Assembly: GCA_016748015.1 (NCBI GenBank)
Contig: JAAOMT010000594.1
Location: 124,001-188,000, forward strand
Direction of reading: 5' to 3'
Source of the DNA: Geosiphon pyriformis uo1
Taxonomy: Eukaryota; Fungi; Glomeromycota
DNA length: 64,000 nt
Shown here: one piece after another, positions 53,681 through 64,000 of the stretch
Position numbering within the stretch: the first letter of the stretch is position 1
Layout of the letters: each line of letters opens with the position of its first letter
Made by a program: the position numbers and the translations under genes
The notes under the pieces: generated by a model
Seen by the model: only the letters and a program-made list of their open reading frames with translations
What the model was told of the DNA's origin: nothing
Databases searched by the model: none

Positions 53681-55430
53681 AAATTATATTTTTTAAAACA
53701 TAATAAAAAAAATAACTAAAAAATAATTGAATATTTTAAAATATATTGTATTATTTTAAATAATTAAATAATCAAAGAATTAAAACTATTTTTATTTTTA
53801 TATTAATAATTATTTTAAGATATATAAATTTAAGTTATTGTTATTATTACTTAATTTATTATTAAATAATTATATTAATAAATATTAAAAACATAATTAT
53901 TATGCTTACTAATAACTTTTAATTATAGTTATTAATAAAATTAATTTTTTTCTATTTTATATTTTTTTGTTGTAAAATATTATTAAATTAATTAATTAAA
54001 AAATATAACATTAAAAATATAATATTATAAAACTAAAATTATTAAAATTAAATAATTTAGTATAAAAATAAAAAACACTAAAGTAAATCTGCTAAAAAAC
54101 AAAAAAAATTAGAAACTAAGTATTAAAAACTATTAAATTATTAAATTTTTGTTTTTTATACAAAAAATTTTATTAAAATCTTAAAATTTAGAAAATTTTT
54201 AAATTAATTAATTATAAAAACAACAAATTATAAAAATTATTTAAAAAAATTATTTATAATATTTAATGTTTTTTGTAAGATATAATTTAAAAAACAAAAT
54301 ATTATTAATAATAACAATTAAAATAACAAAACTAAAATATATTAAAAATTAACTACTTATTAAAAAAACAAAAACATTAAAATAAATTAATATTAAAAAA
54401 ACAAAACATTAAGTATTAAATATCATTAAATTTTCTATTTTTTATTTTTTATACAAAAAATTTTCGTTAAAAACTTTTAAATTTACCAAAATTTTTAGTT
54501 TATATTAAAAATTACAACATTAAATTATTAAATTTAACATATTAAATCTATTTATAACATTATAATATTAATTAAACTAGACTTAAAAATAAATATAAAT
54601 TTGATAATTTTTTAAAATTTTGAAAAAATAAAAGTTTTTAAAACTATTTACTAATAAAAGCATTTTTTTAATTATTCATACTTTTTTTATATAGTTTTTT
54701 TTAATAATTAATAAATTAATATTTAAAGCATAATAACTTTTAATTTCTTTTTAATAAATATAAAAACAAACCAATTTAACTTATATATAATAAAAATTTA
54801 TTTTAATAGTAAAATTATTATTTTATCAATATTTATTTTTAAAGTATTTGTTTAAAAGTTCAAAATTATTATTAATAAAACAATGATTAACTTCTTTTAA
54901 AAAATTTTTTGGTTATATTATAGTTATTAATTTTTACATAAAAAATTAATATTTTGCAAAATATTAGAAAATAAAAAAAAACAAAAACTTTTTTTAAAGA
55001 ATTGTAAATATAAAAAAAAATGAAAATTTTAAATTTTAATTATTATTATTATTTTTTTTATATAATATTAACAACATATTATTATCTATTTAATAATTTG
55101 TCAAATATTTAATTTGATATATATATTAAATTTTACTATTAATAAATATTATTGTTGTAATTTTTAAATTAATGTTTACTTTGCCATAATTATATTTATC
55201 TAATTGTTAAAAATATTTAAAAATTGCTTATTTTTTGTTATATTTATTTATTAATATATTATATCATTCTTTTAATTTCTTTTTTTATTACTTTTCAATA
55301 TTTTTTTTTAATATTCCTTTTTATTATTTTTCCAATATTTTTTTTTTCAATATATATTTTTTTTTTTTTTACTATCTTTTTTATTTCTTATTCTTTTTCT
55401 TTATTATCTTTCAATATTTTTCCATTTAGA
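53681..55430. other. Extremely AT-rich relic with a degenerate internal duplication (about 54118-54200 vs 54411-54496)
   Basis: aagtattaaa...tttttatacaaaaaatttt...ttaaaa recurs about 290 bp apart. Confidence 0.45.
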
Positions 55431-55630
55431 ATATTGTGAGGTTTTTTCAGACTGAATTCTCCATTAGATGTTTTTGATTGACATTTAGATTTTTATTTTT
55501 GCTTGGAAATAGTGGTATTTTTTCCAGTATTCGGATTAAGTACAAAGTAATTTGGTCGGATCACATGTCACGGGTTACTCTGACTTATTGGTCATAATAC
55601 CCAATGATATTTCCGAAATTGATATACACT

Positions 55631-55697
55631 ATACGTCATCACAAACGTTATACGTCACTTTTCACGTCTACGTCAAAAATGACCTAAAGACGTGACG
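55631..55697 (+). promoter_or_regulatory. Cluster of ACGT-core / TACGTCA (CRE/bZIP-like) motifs upstream of EME1
   Basis: TACGTCA three times plus AACGTT, CACGTC and GACGTG within about 70 bp, 35-100 bp before the ATG. Confidence 0.45.
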
Positions 55698-55731
55698 CTT
55701 GCTGTAGATATAGCTACTCTCTGCTTGAGAA

Positions 55732-57189
55732 ATGTCTGCACCATTAGCTTTAAATCCAAAGGAACCAGGAGGAAAAGATGCCGCCAAAAGGGCCAAAGAA
55801 GCCGAGAAATTAGAGAAGGTGAGATTTCCAAAGCAATTCTTTATCATTTTAAAACCTACCTCACACAATTTAGCTTTTATAGCAACGTCAAAAGGCAAAA
55901 CAGAATCTGCAACGTCAACAGGAAAAGGTTAGCAATCTTTTTAGGAAAGATTACGATAATCTGGAATTGAATATTTATTTAAACGACGCGTTTATTTTTA
56001 TTTCTCACCTTAGGAAGAACTAAAAGCAGAAAAACAACGAATTAAAGAATTAAATCAAGCAGAAAAGCAACGAATTAAAGAATTAAATCAAGCAAATAAA
56101 ATCAGAATTGACAAATTGGATATGACAAAGGAAATGATAATTGAGGTGGACAAGGAATTAATGGTACAACCATTAGGCGCCTTATTGCGAGAAAAGTTTG
56201 AAGCCAAACTGGTCACCATCAATTCTGTAAGTCACGATATACCACAAATATTTAGTTGGCGGCGTAAGGTGACCACGGATTGGAGTGAAGAAATAGGCGG
56301 CTTCATACCCGTTGAGGAAAGAATTCAAGAGGAAAATCATATTTTAGCTTATTTACAGATGGATGAACTCAGGGAATTAATTACAAATGAATCGTTGCAA
56401 ACTTTTCATAATAATTTACAAACAATATTTGTCGAAAAAAAAATCATCTATCTGATTGAAGGGCTTCAAGAATATTTTCGACGGAAAAAAGCGCAAAAAA
56501 ACCGTATATTTAACAATGCCGTGCGGTCTGCCATAGGAGAATCACCTGAAAACGTGAGAAAACCAAAAAAGAGAAATAACAATGATCAAGGCCCAGATCA
56601 AGAAAAAATTGAAGAGTCTCTAATCTGGTTACAGGTGGTCGCCAATTGTTTTATTGTACATACTAATAATCTGCAGGAATCCGCCGAGATGATCGGCATC
56701 CTCACTACTGATATTGCAAGGATCCCTTATAAGTGGGTTGATAGGTTGAATTTCTTTAGGTTTAATAACATAATAATCTTTTATCTGCTTTTCATCAGGA
56801 ATCGCAGCACAGAATTGAACTTTTGTATTGAAAACCAGATACGCGCAGGTGCTAATGCTAGTGATACGTGGTTTCGAATGCTTCAAGAAATTCAACTGGT
56901 TACTCAACCCGTTGCCAAAGCCATCGTGCGCGAATACCCGACCCTAAAAGTGTTATATTGCGCTTATGAAAATTGTCGCAGCCTCGAAGAGGCGGAGTCC
57001 TTATTGGCTCATGTGGAGGTATGAAGTAATTTGTCTTTTCTCCATGGATTTGATCCAACTCTAAATATTGAGGCGTTGTAGATCACGGGTACTGGATTGG
57101 GTCACCGTAATCGTTACATAAACAAGCCTCTTTCAAAGAGAATACACGATTTGTTCTTGGGTACGAATCCTGATATATTGATAACATAA
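55732..57189 (+). CDS. EME1: Crossover-junction endonuclease subunit EME1/MMS4 (ERCC4-like); exons about 55732-55818, 55883-55927, 56014-56732, 56799-57018, 57081-57189
   Basis: ANK...EMIIEVD, FSWRRKVT..W, IYLIEGL, IEESLIWLQV, DIARIPY, DTWFRMLQEI, AKAIVREYPTL..L..AY, LSKRIH. Confidence 0.88.
56024..56094 (+). repeat. 33-bp in-frame tandem duplication in EME1 (AEKQRIKELNQ x2)
   Basis: 56024-56056 and 56057-56089 differ at one position. Confidence 0.9.
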
Positions 57190-57288
57190 TCAAGGAATTT
57201 TGGTGTAAGTTGGAATTATATTAGAAATTATTTGCTTTATGATATTCTTCGTTCCAAACCAATTTATGATTCCGTGCATTGTATTCTA

Positions 57289-60200
57289 TTAAGGCTCTTC
57301 TCTAAAACTGACAAGATTTTGCTGTTCTTTTACTAAATCTCCAACTTTATAATATATTTTATCAATTATCCCAGGAAAGGGTGACTTTACAAGGTGCTAT
57401 AGTTTTTTGATTGAATGTTAATTATTTTTCGCTAAATAGGAGTCAAAACAAAAATGAACAATATTTTTACCTCCATCTTCATTGCCTCTAAAACCATGAG
57501 AGGTGTTCCTTTCTCTACCACTTGCCCAGGTGCTACCAATATCTGTTTTCATAAGAAATTTAGTTTTTATACTTAGGACATGACACGGTAATGGAAAGAA
57601 TTTTGAAATTGAGAAATAAGAATACCCGAGATATTTTACAAGGCATTGGAGTTTTCACGGACCCTGCTACTTCTGAGGCACTAGTGTAAAGATAAACAGG
57701 ATCAGGGATCCTCAAAACGGTTGTGTCGCGCTGGAATTTAATAATTTAAGTAGTTTGTCAAAAAAAAATCCAACTCGTTCAAATCCAACTCACCTGACCA
57801 ATCATAAACACCCTTTTATTATCATACTCTATGATTCGAGTGGAAAAGCTTTGGTCGCCAATCTGAGCATTAATCTTTTTCTCCATGATATCCCATTCGG
57901 CATTTACACTCGAAAATAAATTCGAGTTGCCTCCAGGCTTCCCGACTCTTATATCAAATGTGCCATCCTTGTTGTATTTTATACCAACATCTACCATGTT
58001 ATCTCCCGAGTCGATAAAAGAAATAAAACGAGTGTCTTGAGTGTTTAATCTGGTGGCAGTAAGCGTGTACCATGGTGAGTATGGATCTAATTTGGTAATC
58101 GCGGATATAAAATAATGGGGTGAAGAAAAACAGCATCAGAAAAGAAGTTTAATCACTAACCCAGGGTGCTACGGGCTTTGCTTTCTTCGTTCTTTATTTC
58201 TTTTAGTAAAAAGAATAAAGCAGCCTGAACAAAAACTTGAGCAGGAGGTTCGGTTTTAGATGGAATCAAATCCCCTTTGTATTTCTGCGTATTTCAAAAT
58301 TAGCCTTTAAGTACGAGTCATTTTGCCGAACAAATTTTGGTTTGACGTTCAAACCTCGATGAATCCAGTTTCCAGTTTTCCATCTATTAAAGCACGATGA
58401 GAAACCAAATTTTTCAGGAAATCTATGTTGGTATTCAAGCCAACAACCTAAAAGTAGTGAGTTGATTGTTCATATTTATTTTTTAAAAAGAATTTTGATT
58501 TTATGTATAAAAAAAACATAATTCAGTGACCTCATATTCATTTAGTGCCCTTCCCAGTACTCTCAATGCGTCATGGCGATTTGCTCCCTTGACTACTAAT
58601 TTAGAAATCATAGGATCATAATAGATGCTAATTTGGTCCCCTTGTTCAAAACCAGTCTCCAAACGAACATTAGAGGAGGTAGGAGGTGTGCGTATATGAT
58701 ATAGTAGTCCCGTATCTGGTAGGAAATCGCTGGTAAAAGATATGAAAAATAATTAATTTCAAGCAAGTAAAAGACCAAAATGGTATTTTTGTATAATCCC
58801 TACTTTTCAGGATTTTCTGCATATATACGCGCTTCAAAAGAGTGACCATCAATGTGCAATTCTTCTTGACTAAGTGGCAATTCATTCCCAGCAGCAACCT
58901 AGGCTCACCGTGAACACATTCTTTACCGAAATACTGAATTGGCCAAAAATATAGATTAAACGTTATATCACTAACCTCCAATTGCCAATGAACTAAATCG
59001 GTATGTGTTATCATTTCAGTGACCGGATGTTCTACTTGAAGACGGGTGTTCATCTCCATAAAATAGAATTTCTGAGTTTGATTGTCAAAGATAAATTCTA
59101 CTGTTCCAGCCCCAATATAATTTACGGCTTTAGCCGCCGCCACTGCTTTTTCTCCTAACTCAGATCTCAAGGTTTCACTTAACCCGGGGGCAGGTGCCTC
59201 TTCAAGAACTTTCTGATGTCTCCTTTGAATTGAACAATCTCTTTCAAATAAATATACGGCATTTCCGTGAGTATCAGTAAATATCTGCACTTCAATATGA
59301 CGAGATGTCGGCAAATATTTCTCAATAAGAACTTGATCATCTCCAAATGATTTAATAGCTTCGCGCTTCGACGATTCGAGTTGAAATTCAAATTCAGAAG
59401 GTTCGTTCACGATACGCATACCCTTTCCACCACCTCCTCTAACTGCTTTAATTAGAACAGGATATCCAATCTCCAAAGCTTTTTGTTTAAGGAATGTGAT
59501 TTCTTGGTTTTTTCCATGGTAACCGGGTATAACAGGAACTTGTGCATCAATCATGATTTCTTTGGATTCACTATTTATACCAATTATTAATTTATACGCA
59601 TCAATAATTAAATAAAAGTAAAAAAAATAAGTTCTCAACCTCTTTGAGCCCATAGCGATAATCGCTGATGTCGGTGGACCGATGAAGGTGATATTTTCTT
59701 CCGACAAACGTTGGGCAAACATTGAATTTTCCGAAAGGAACCCATAGCCGGGATGGATAGCCTATTTAATAAGGATTTAGCTTTTAAAAATAAACAGAGT
59801 GGAAAAAACTCGCACCAACTTTGTAATATCCAATAATTGGAATAATACCTGTGAACCACTAAGTTTAGCCACTGATATAATCTTTTCAATGTTCAAATAG
59901 CTTTCTGCAGAAGGTGCAGGCCCTATTAGAAAGGCTTCATCCGCCTATATAAAATGAAATATCAGCTATCTACAAAATGGGAAAGCCGCTCTTAATCGAA
60001 CATTAAATTTACCATTTTAACATGAAGGGCATTTTTGTCAGCCTCACTGTAAACGGCGACGGATTTTATTCCTAAAGATTTTGCTGTACGTATAACACGA
60101 CAGGCAATTTCCCCTCTAAATGCAAGAGGAATAATCCTGTATAAGCTGAACCAAAATTTATCAAAAATGCTAAATTTTCTTTACCGATTGGCTATCAAGA

Positions 60201-60423
60201 TTTTATCAAAAAGCGGCTTACGTTCTAAAGTAGATAAGTAAAAGAATAAGAGATACTAGAAAGATTTAAGTCAAGCTCAATACTCCATACCAAATTTTGA
60301 AAAATCTCTGGCAGATTTTTGGCGCAAAGAAAGCCAGAAAGGGGATGGTATCTTATGATTTAAATAATATAAATGCAAGCCAAAATGTGCATTTTTTGAG
60401 GACCGTCGCAATAGGCTGGACAT
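57289..60423 (-). CDS. MCCC1: 3-methylcrotonyl-CoA carboxylase biotin-containing (alpha) subunit, multi-exon
   Basis: Presequence, [78 protein letters not shown] and the biotinyl motif EAMKME. Confidence 0.92.
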
Positions 60424-61208
60424 CTTCAACGTCTTAGCTTAAGCAAGTATTATTAGTGATGACTTCCCTTTTCTTGAGGGTGAACTCAGAAACTCTATTG
60501 ATCATTCGCGGCTTAAAATATAACTACGAGTTACATGAACGAGAATGAAATGCCTTCAAAAAAACCCGGTAATTCTTTGCCCGAAATGGTAACTATTTAA
60601 AAATTAGATTCGATATTTGTTATTGTTGATTTAGTTAAAATTATTTATTTATCAATTTTTTGTTCACTTTTTTTTAGTTTATAATTTTAAAAGTCAAATA
60701 ATTTCATAGTTTTTTAAATTAAAAAAAAACAACAACGTTACATTTTTAGTTAACTTAATTAAAACAAACTTTTTTTCTAAAATTATTATAAATTGGTTTT
60801 TATTTTAATTTTATTATTTAAAAAAATGATATATAAAAATATCTTTAAAATTGATTTTTGAAAAATCCTTTGTTCTTGTGTCACACTACACCCATGATGA
60901 TGAGAATCTCGTACCAAAAGTTTCACAACTTGGTTCTACACGATAAAAGAAAAAAGGCTCGCGTTTAATCAATTTTTTCTTATTTAAAAGTGAAATTTAT
61001 CCTTATTTAAATTCTCAACAACTAAAAGTGTACTATACGAGTTAGTAATAGTGGATCAGTGTAAAAAACCTTTGATTTTTGATTGTGGTATAATCCCTAG
61101 AGAGCTGTAGCAAGTCCCATTCTATGCTGAGCAAGCCTTATTCAGGTACCTTTTCAAGTGAATCCTCTCATCCAGCTTTGAGAAAACAAGTTTAAATAAT
61201 TTTCCTGG

Positions 61209-63447
61209 ATGATGAACGGGGATTATGGAACATCGAACCCTTCTCGACCTAAAATTCAACGCCTTCCAAGCCACCGTAAACCAAGGGTTGCCAATTCAGC
61301 CAAACTCGATCTCTCACAAATAAAGCCACAGGTCTCAAAGAGTGATACTCTACCTCTAAACCCTGGCCTTCTTAGGGCTCCGGCTTTTCGGAGTAAGAGC
61401 CTTAACCAAATACAGCAAAAAGGGAGATCGAGATCTGATGATGGGTTCCATTCAGACTCCGATAAAGATAGTATTCATTCCAACAAAAGTGTACAAAGTA
61501 GTCAAAGTCATCTTAATAGAACTTCTTCCTTCACAAAGCTTGAGCCTGTTGCACGTGTGCGCCCTTCTTCTTTGAGCAATTTTTCGGAAACTCCGAAGCA
61601 AGATAGTTTTAATCTTGACTCTTTGACAGATAGTCGACAATACCAGACTGAAAACAAAGCGGCTGAAGCTAGACAAGAGAGAAAGGTAAGAATTAATGTA
61701 AAACCTACGATAGCCCCCTATAATTTGAATTTTCTAAACGAAATTAAAGTTTTTTGGACATCTCCTTTCATTTGAAATTTGAATTAAAATTATTTATCTC
61801 AAATATTATTATTTAACCACTTAGTTTGATGCTTTCCAACCTGCATGTCTTTTCTCAATCATAGATTCAAGACTTGGAAATCTCCATTAACTCATTAATG
61901 AATATAAATGCTGAATTAGATGCTGTCAACAAAAAACAAGCTGCGGAAATTCAAGATTTGAAAAAAAGGCTTCAAAGGTATCAATGAGGGTATCACTTTT
62001 TTGGAAAAAATATTAAATTAAAGCATATTTTTATTATAGAAATGACACTTTCATGTCAGGAATATCTTCATTAAACATAGAAAATGAAGATACCAACACG
62101 TCAACACCCTTGTCAGATGTAAGTTTACATAATGCTCTCCATATCTTTTAGCCTTAAGAAAATTGAAGGAACAACTTGAACTAGGCTAATACTCAATAAT
62201 CACTGCAACTACCTATTTGTTGGTTTATGGTGATACAATCAAACCGCACGAACTAGATGGAATTCTTAGAGCAGGAAAGAGACAATGACACCAGATTTCG
62301 TCAAATACTACTAGTAATAGATGAAATGATTCGTGATGGTAAAACAGCCATTGAATATACTCCCAAAATTAATGGTAGTCGAGTATTGAATAGTATTCAA
62401 TTAGGTAAATATTCATATAGTTTTATAATTTTTTGCTCAGTCTTATTTAATTTTTAATTTTTCCTAATAATAACCCTAGAAGAACCTCCAATACCAAAAG
62501 GGATATATCCCGAGATCATGGACTGTCCTTATAACAATATTGAGAGTGTTTCTCAAAATGGGCTTGACTCGGATGAAGAATTGGATATTTTCAAACTATC
62601 CGCAAATCAAAACGGATCAATACAAATAAGAGACAATTTATTATCGAAAAAGGAGAAGACTAAAAGTTCAAATGGTGAAATGATTACCCTATCCAATCAA
62701 TCAAGATCTTCGGAAAAAGAGGAGGCAAATCTGGAATCATTAGACACAAATCATCTCAGTAAGCTGAAACATGAAAGTGCTAGTGAAGCACTATGCCTCA
62801 ATGAAGAAAGGGTTCGAGCTGTAATTGATGAACTTTTGGTATTTGCTAAACAAAGCAATGCCAATATAATTTATGAGTTTCCAACAACACCGTCAGTTTC
62901 TGAAAGGAAAGGATTAGGATTGCTGTTGCCAATTCAAGAAGGGCCTTCATCATATACAGCTTCGGGGAGTATTATTATGGGAGAGGAGGAGGAAGAGGAG
63001 GAGGAAGAATATGCAACAAAATCATCACCTACTATAAAACTTTTATATGAACTCAAAGAATTACTCTTTGGGAATGTTCACCGTTCAATAAACTTGAGAA
63101 AATACAAGAGGATTTTACCAATGGTGGCCTCTAGCCGTATAGACTTGCAAGTTGTTTCACCAGATGGCAAAAAAGAAATCTTAGATGGAAATTTTCAATC
63201 TGCTGGAATTTCTGTACGGAACCATCGTCTATCTCCAAAAGGTCGAATTATACGTCGGCAATCTTCTCCCAATTTTCGAACTCTTGTACAACCCACACAC
63301 ACATCAAGTCACTCTGAGGGCAAAATCAATTTAGCCGATGATGGATATAAGAGCAAAATTACCAATGTTAAAGAAACCCCTGAAATAGCCAACCCCTCTT
63401 GGGTATCCTCTTTGGGTTTTCTGTCGCCTTGGAAGATCTCCCAATAA
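61209..63447 (+). CDS. Hypothetical low-complexity protein with coiled coil (multi-exon)
   Basis: Exon 61209-61685 spliced to 61865 gives EARQERK|IQDLEISINSLMNINAELDAVNKKQAAEIQDLKKRLQ; further exons at about 62040, 62257 and 62480-63447. Confidence 0.75.
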
Positions 63448-63822
63448 CTCTATTACTCTGATGGCTGCCATTTGATTTTCCGAGCCTTTGAACTCAATTT
63501 GCTGCTGAGTTTACCACTAATTATTCCTTGTGGGTTAAGCTTAAATTATGGATGGATAAACGGACAATATTGTGATTGCAAAATTTGTTTTTAACAGGCT
63601 AGGATACTCTTGATCGATAATAAATATTTTTGTTTTCAATACTTTTTGTTCATAATACAACGCGCTAAAATGTAGTCATAAAACCTAATTTTAATTCAAC
63701 AAGTCAATTTTTTTTCTAGCTGAGCTTTTAAATCAGATTTTATAATGTGTTTGAAAGTGACCTATCAGATAGCAGAATCACAATAAATTATCACTGGTCT
63801 TAAAAAAAAGACTCAAGACAAA

Positions 63823-64000
63823 ATGAACACTTTTCCTCGAAGAAGTGCTCGTGTTAAAGCATCAGCAGAAAAGCAAAAATTGCTAAGCCAAAGTAACAGT
63901 TCTGAAAAAATTTCTCCAAAAATAAGAAGTGAGCGAAGCGCTATCAAATCAACAGAAAGCAAGAAACTCTCTAATTCAACTCTTCATCTTGCTATAGCTT
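63823..64000 (+). CDS. Possible gene start running off the right edge (basic N-terminus)
   Basis: ATG at 63823 is open to the window end: MNTFPRRSARVKASAEKQK... Confidence 0.5.
   Translation, partial: MNTFPRRSARVKASAEKQKLLSQSNSSEKISPKIRSERSAIKSTESKKLSNSTLHLAIA

Noticed and set aside
50780-55439. F/I/L/K-rich short ORFs in AT blocks (also 21997-22245, 32081-32297)
   Set aside because: Low-complexity artefacts of AT decay, not membrane proteins or organellar inserts.
11260-63447. U12-type (minor) introns in host genes
   Set aside because: All donors I could place are ordinary GT sites without the RTATCCTT signature.

Overview
Eukaryotic, intron-rich fungal DNA. The repeat proteins resemble those I recall from Glomeromycotina/Geosiphon-type genomes (inference, not a database result). 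Two islands of intact, CpG-retaining housekeeping genes alternate with two nested transposon graveyards. Island 1 (about 11.2-20.8 kb) holds PXMP4, mitochondrial uL10, an STM1/SERBP1-like gene and a BRCC36-like MPN gene with a degenerate JAMM motif. Island 2 (about 55.7-64 kb) holds EME1/MMS4, MCCC1, a coiled-coil protein and one partial gene. Graveyard 1 (1-10 kb): LINE B is split by LINE A (17-bp TSD) and cut by a Ty3/gypsy-like element whose LTR and PBS are visible. Graveyard 2 (about 21.1-55.4 kb): one very AT-rich Ty3/gypsy relic, associated with two probable solo LTRs and four APE-RT-RNaseH LINEs (C-F), with TSDs readable for most. All elements are inactivated by C>T/G>A transitions whose load tracks nesting order and ends in near-total GC loss, while adjacent genes are spared. 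This is a candidate RIP-like defence that is not CpA-focused. The LINE family also shows a conserved pseudoknotted 3' UTR, an ATGA stop-start ORF1/ORF2 overlap, L1-type TT/AAAA targeting and mosaic structure.
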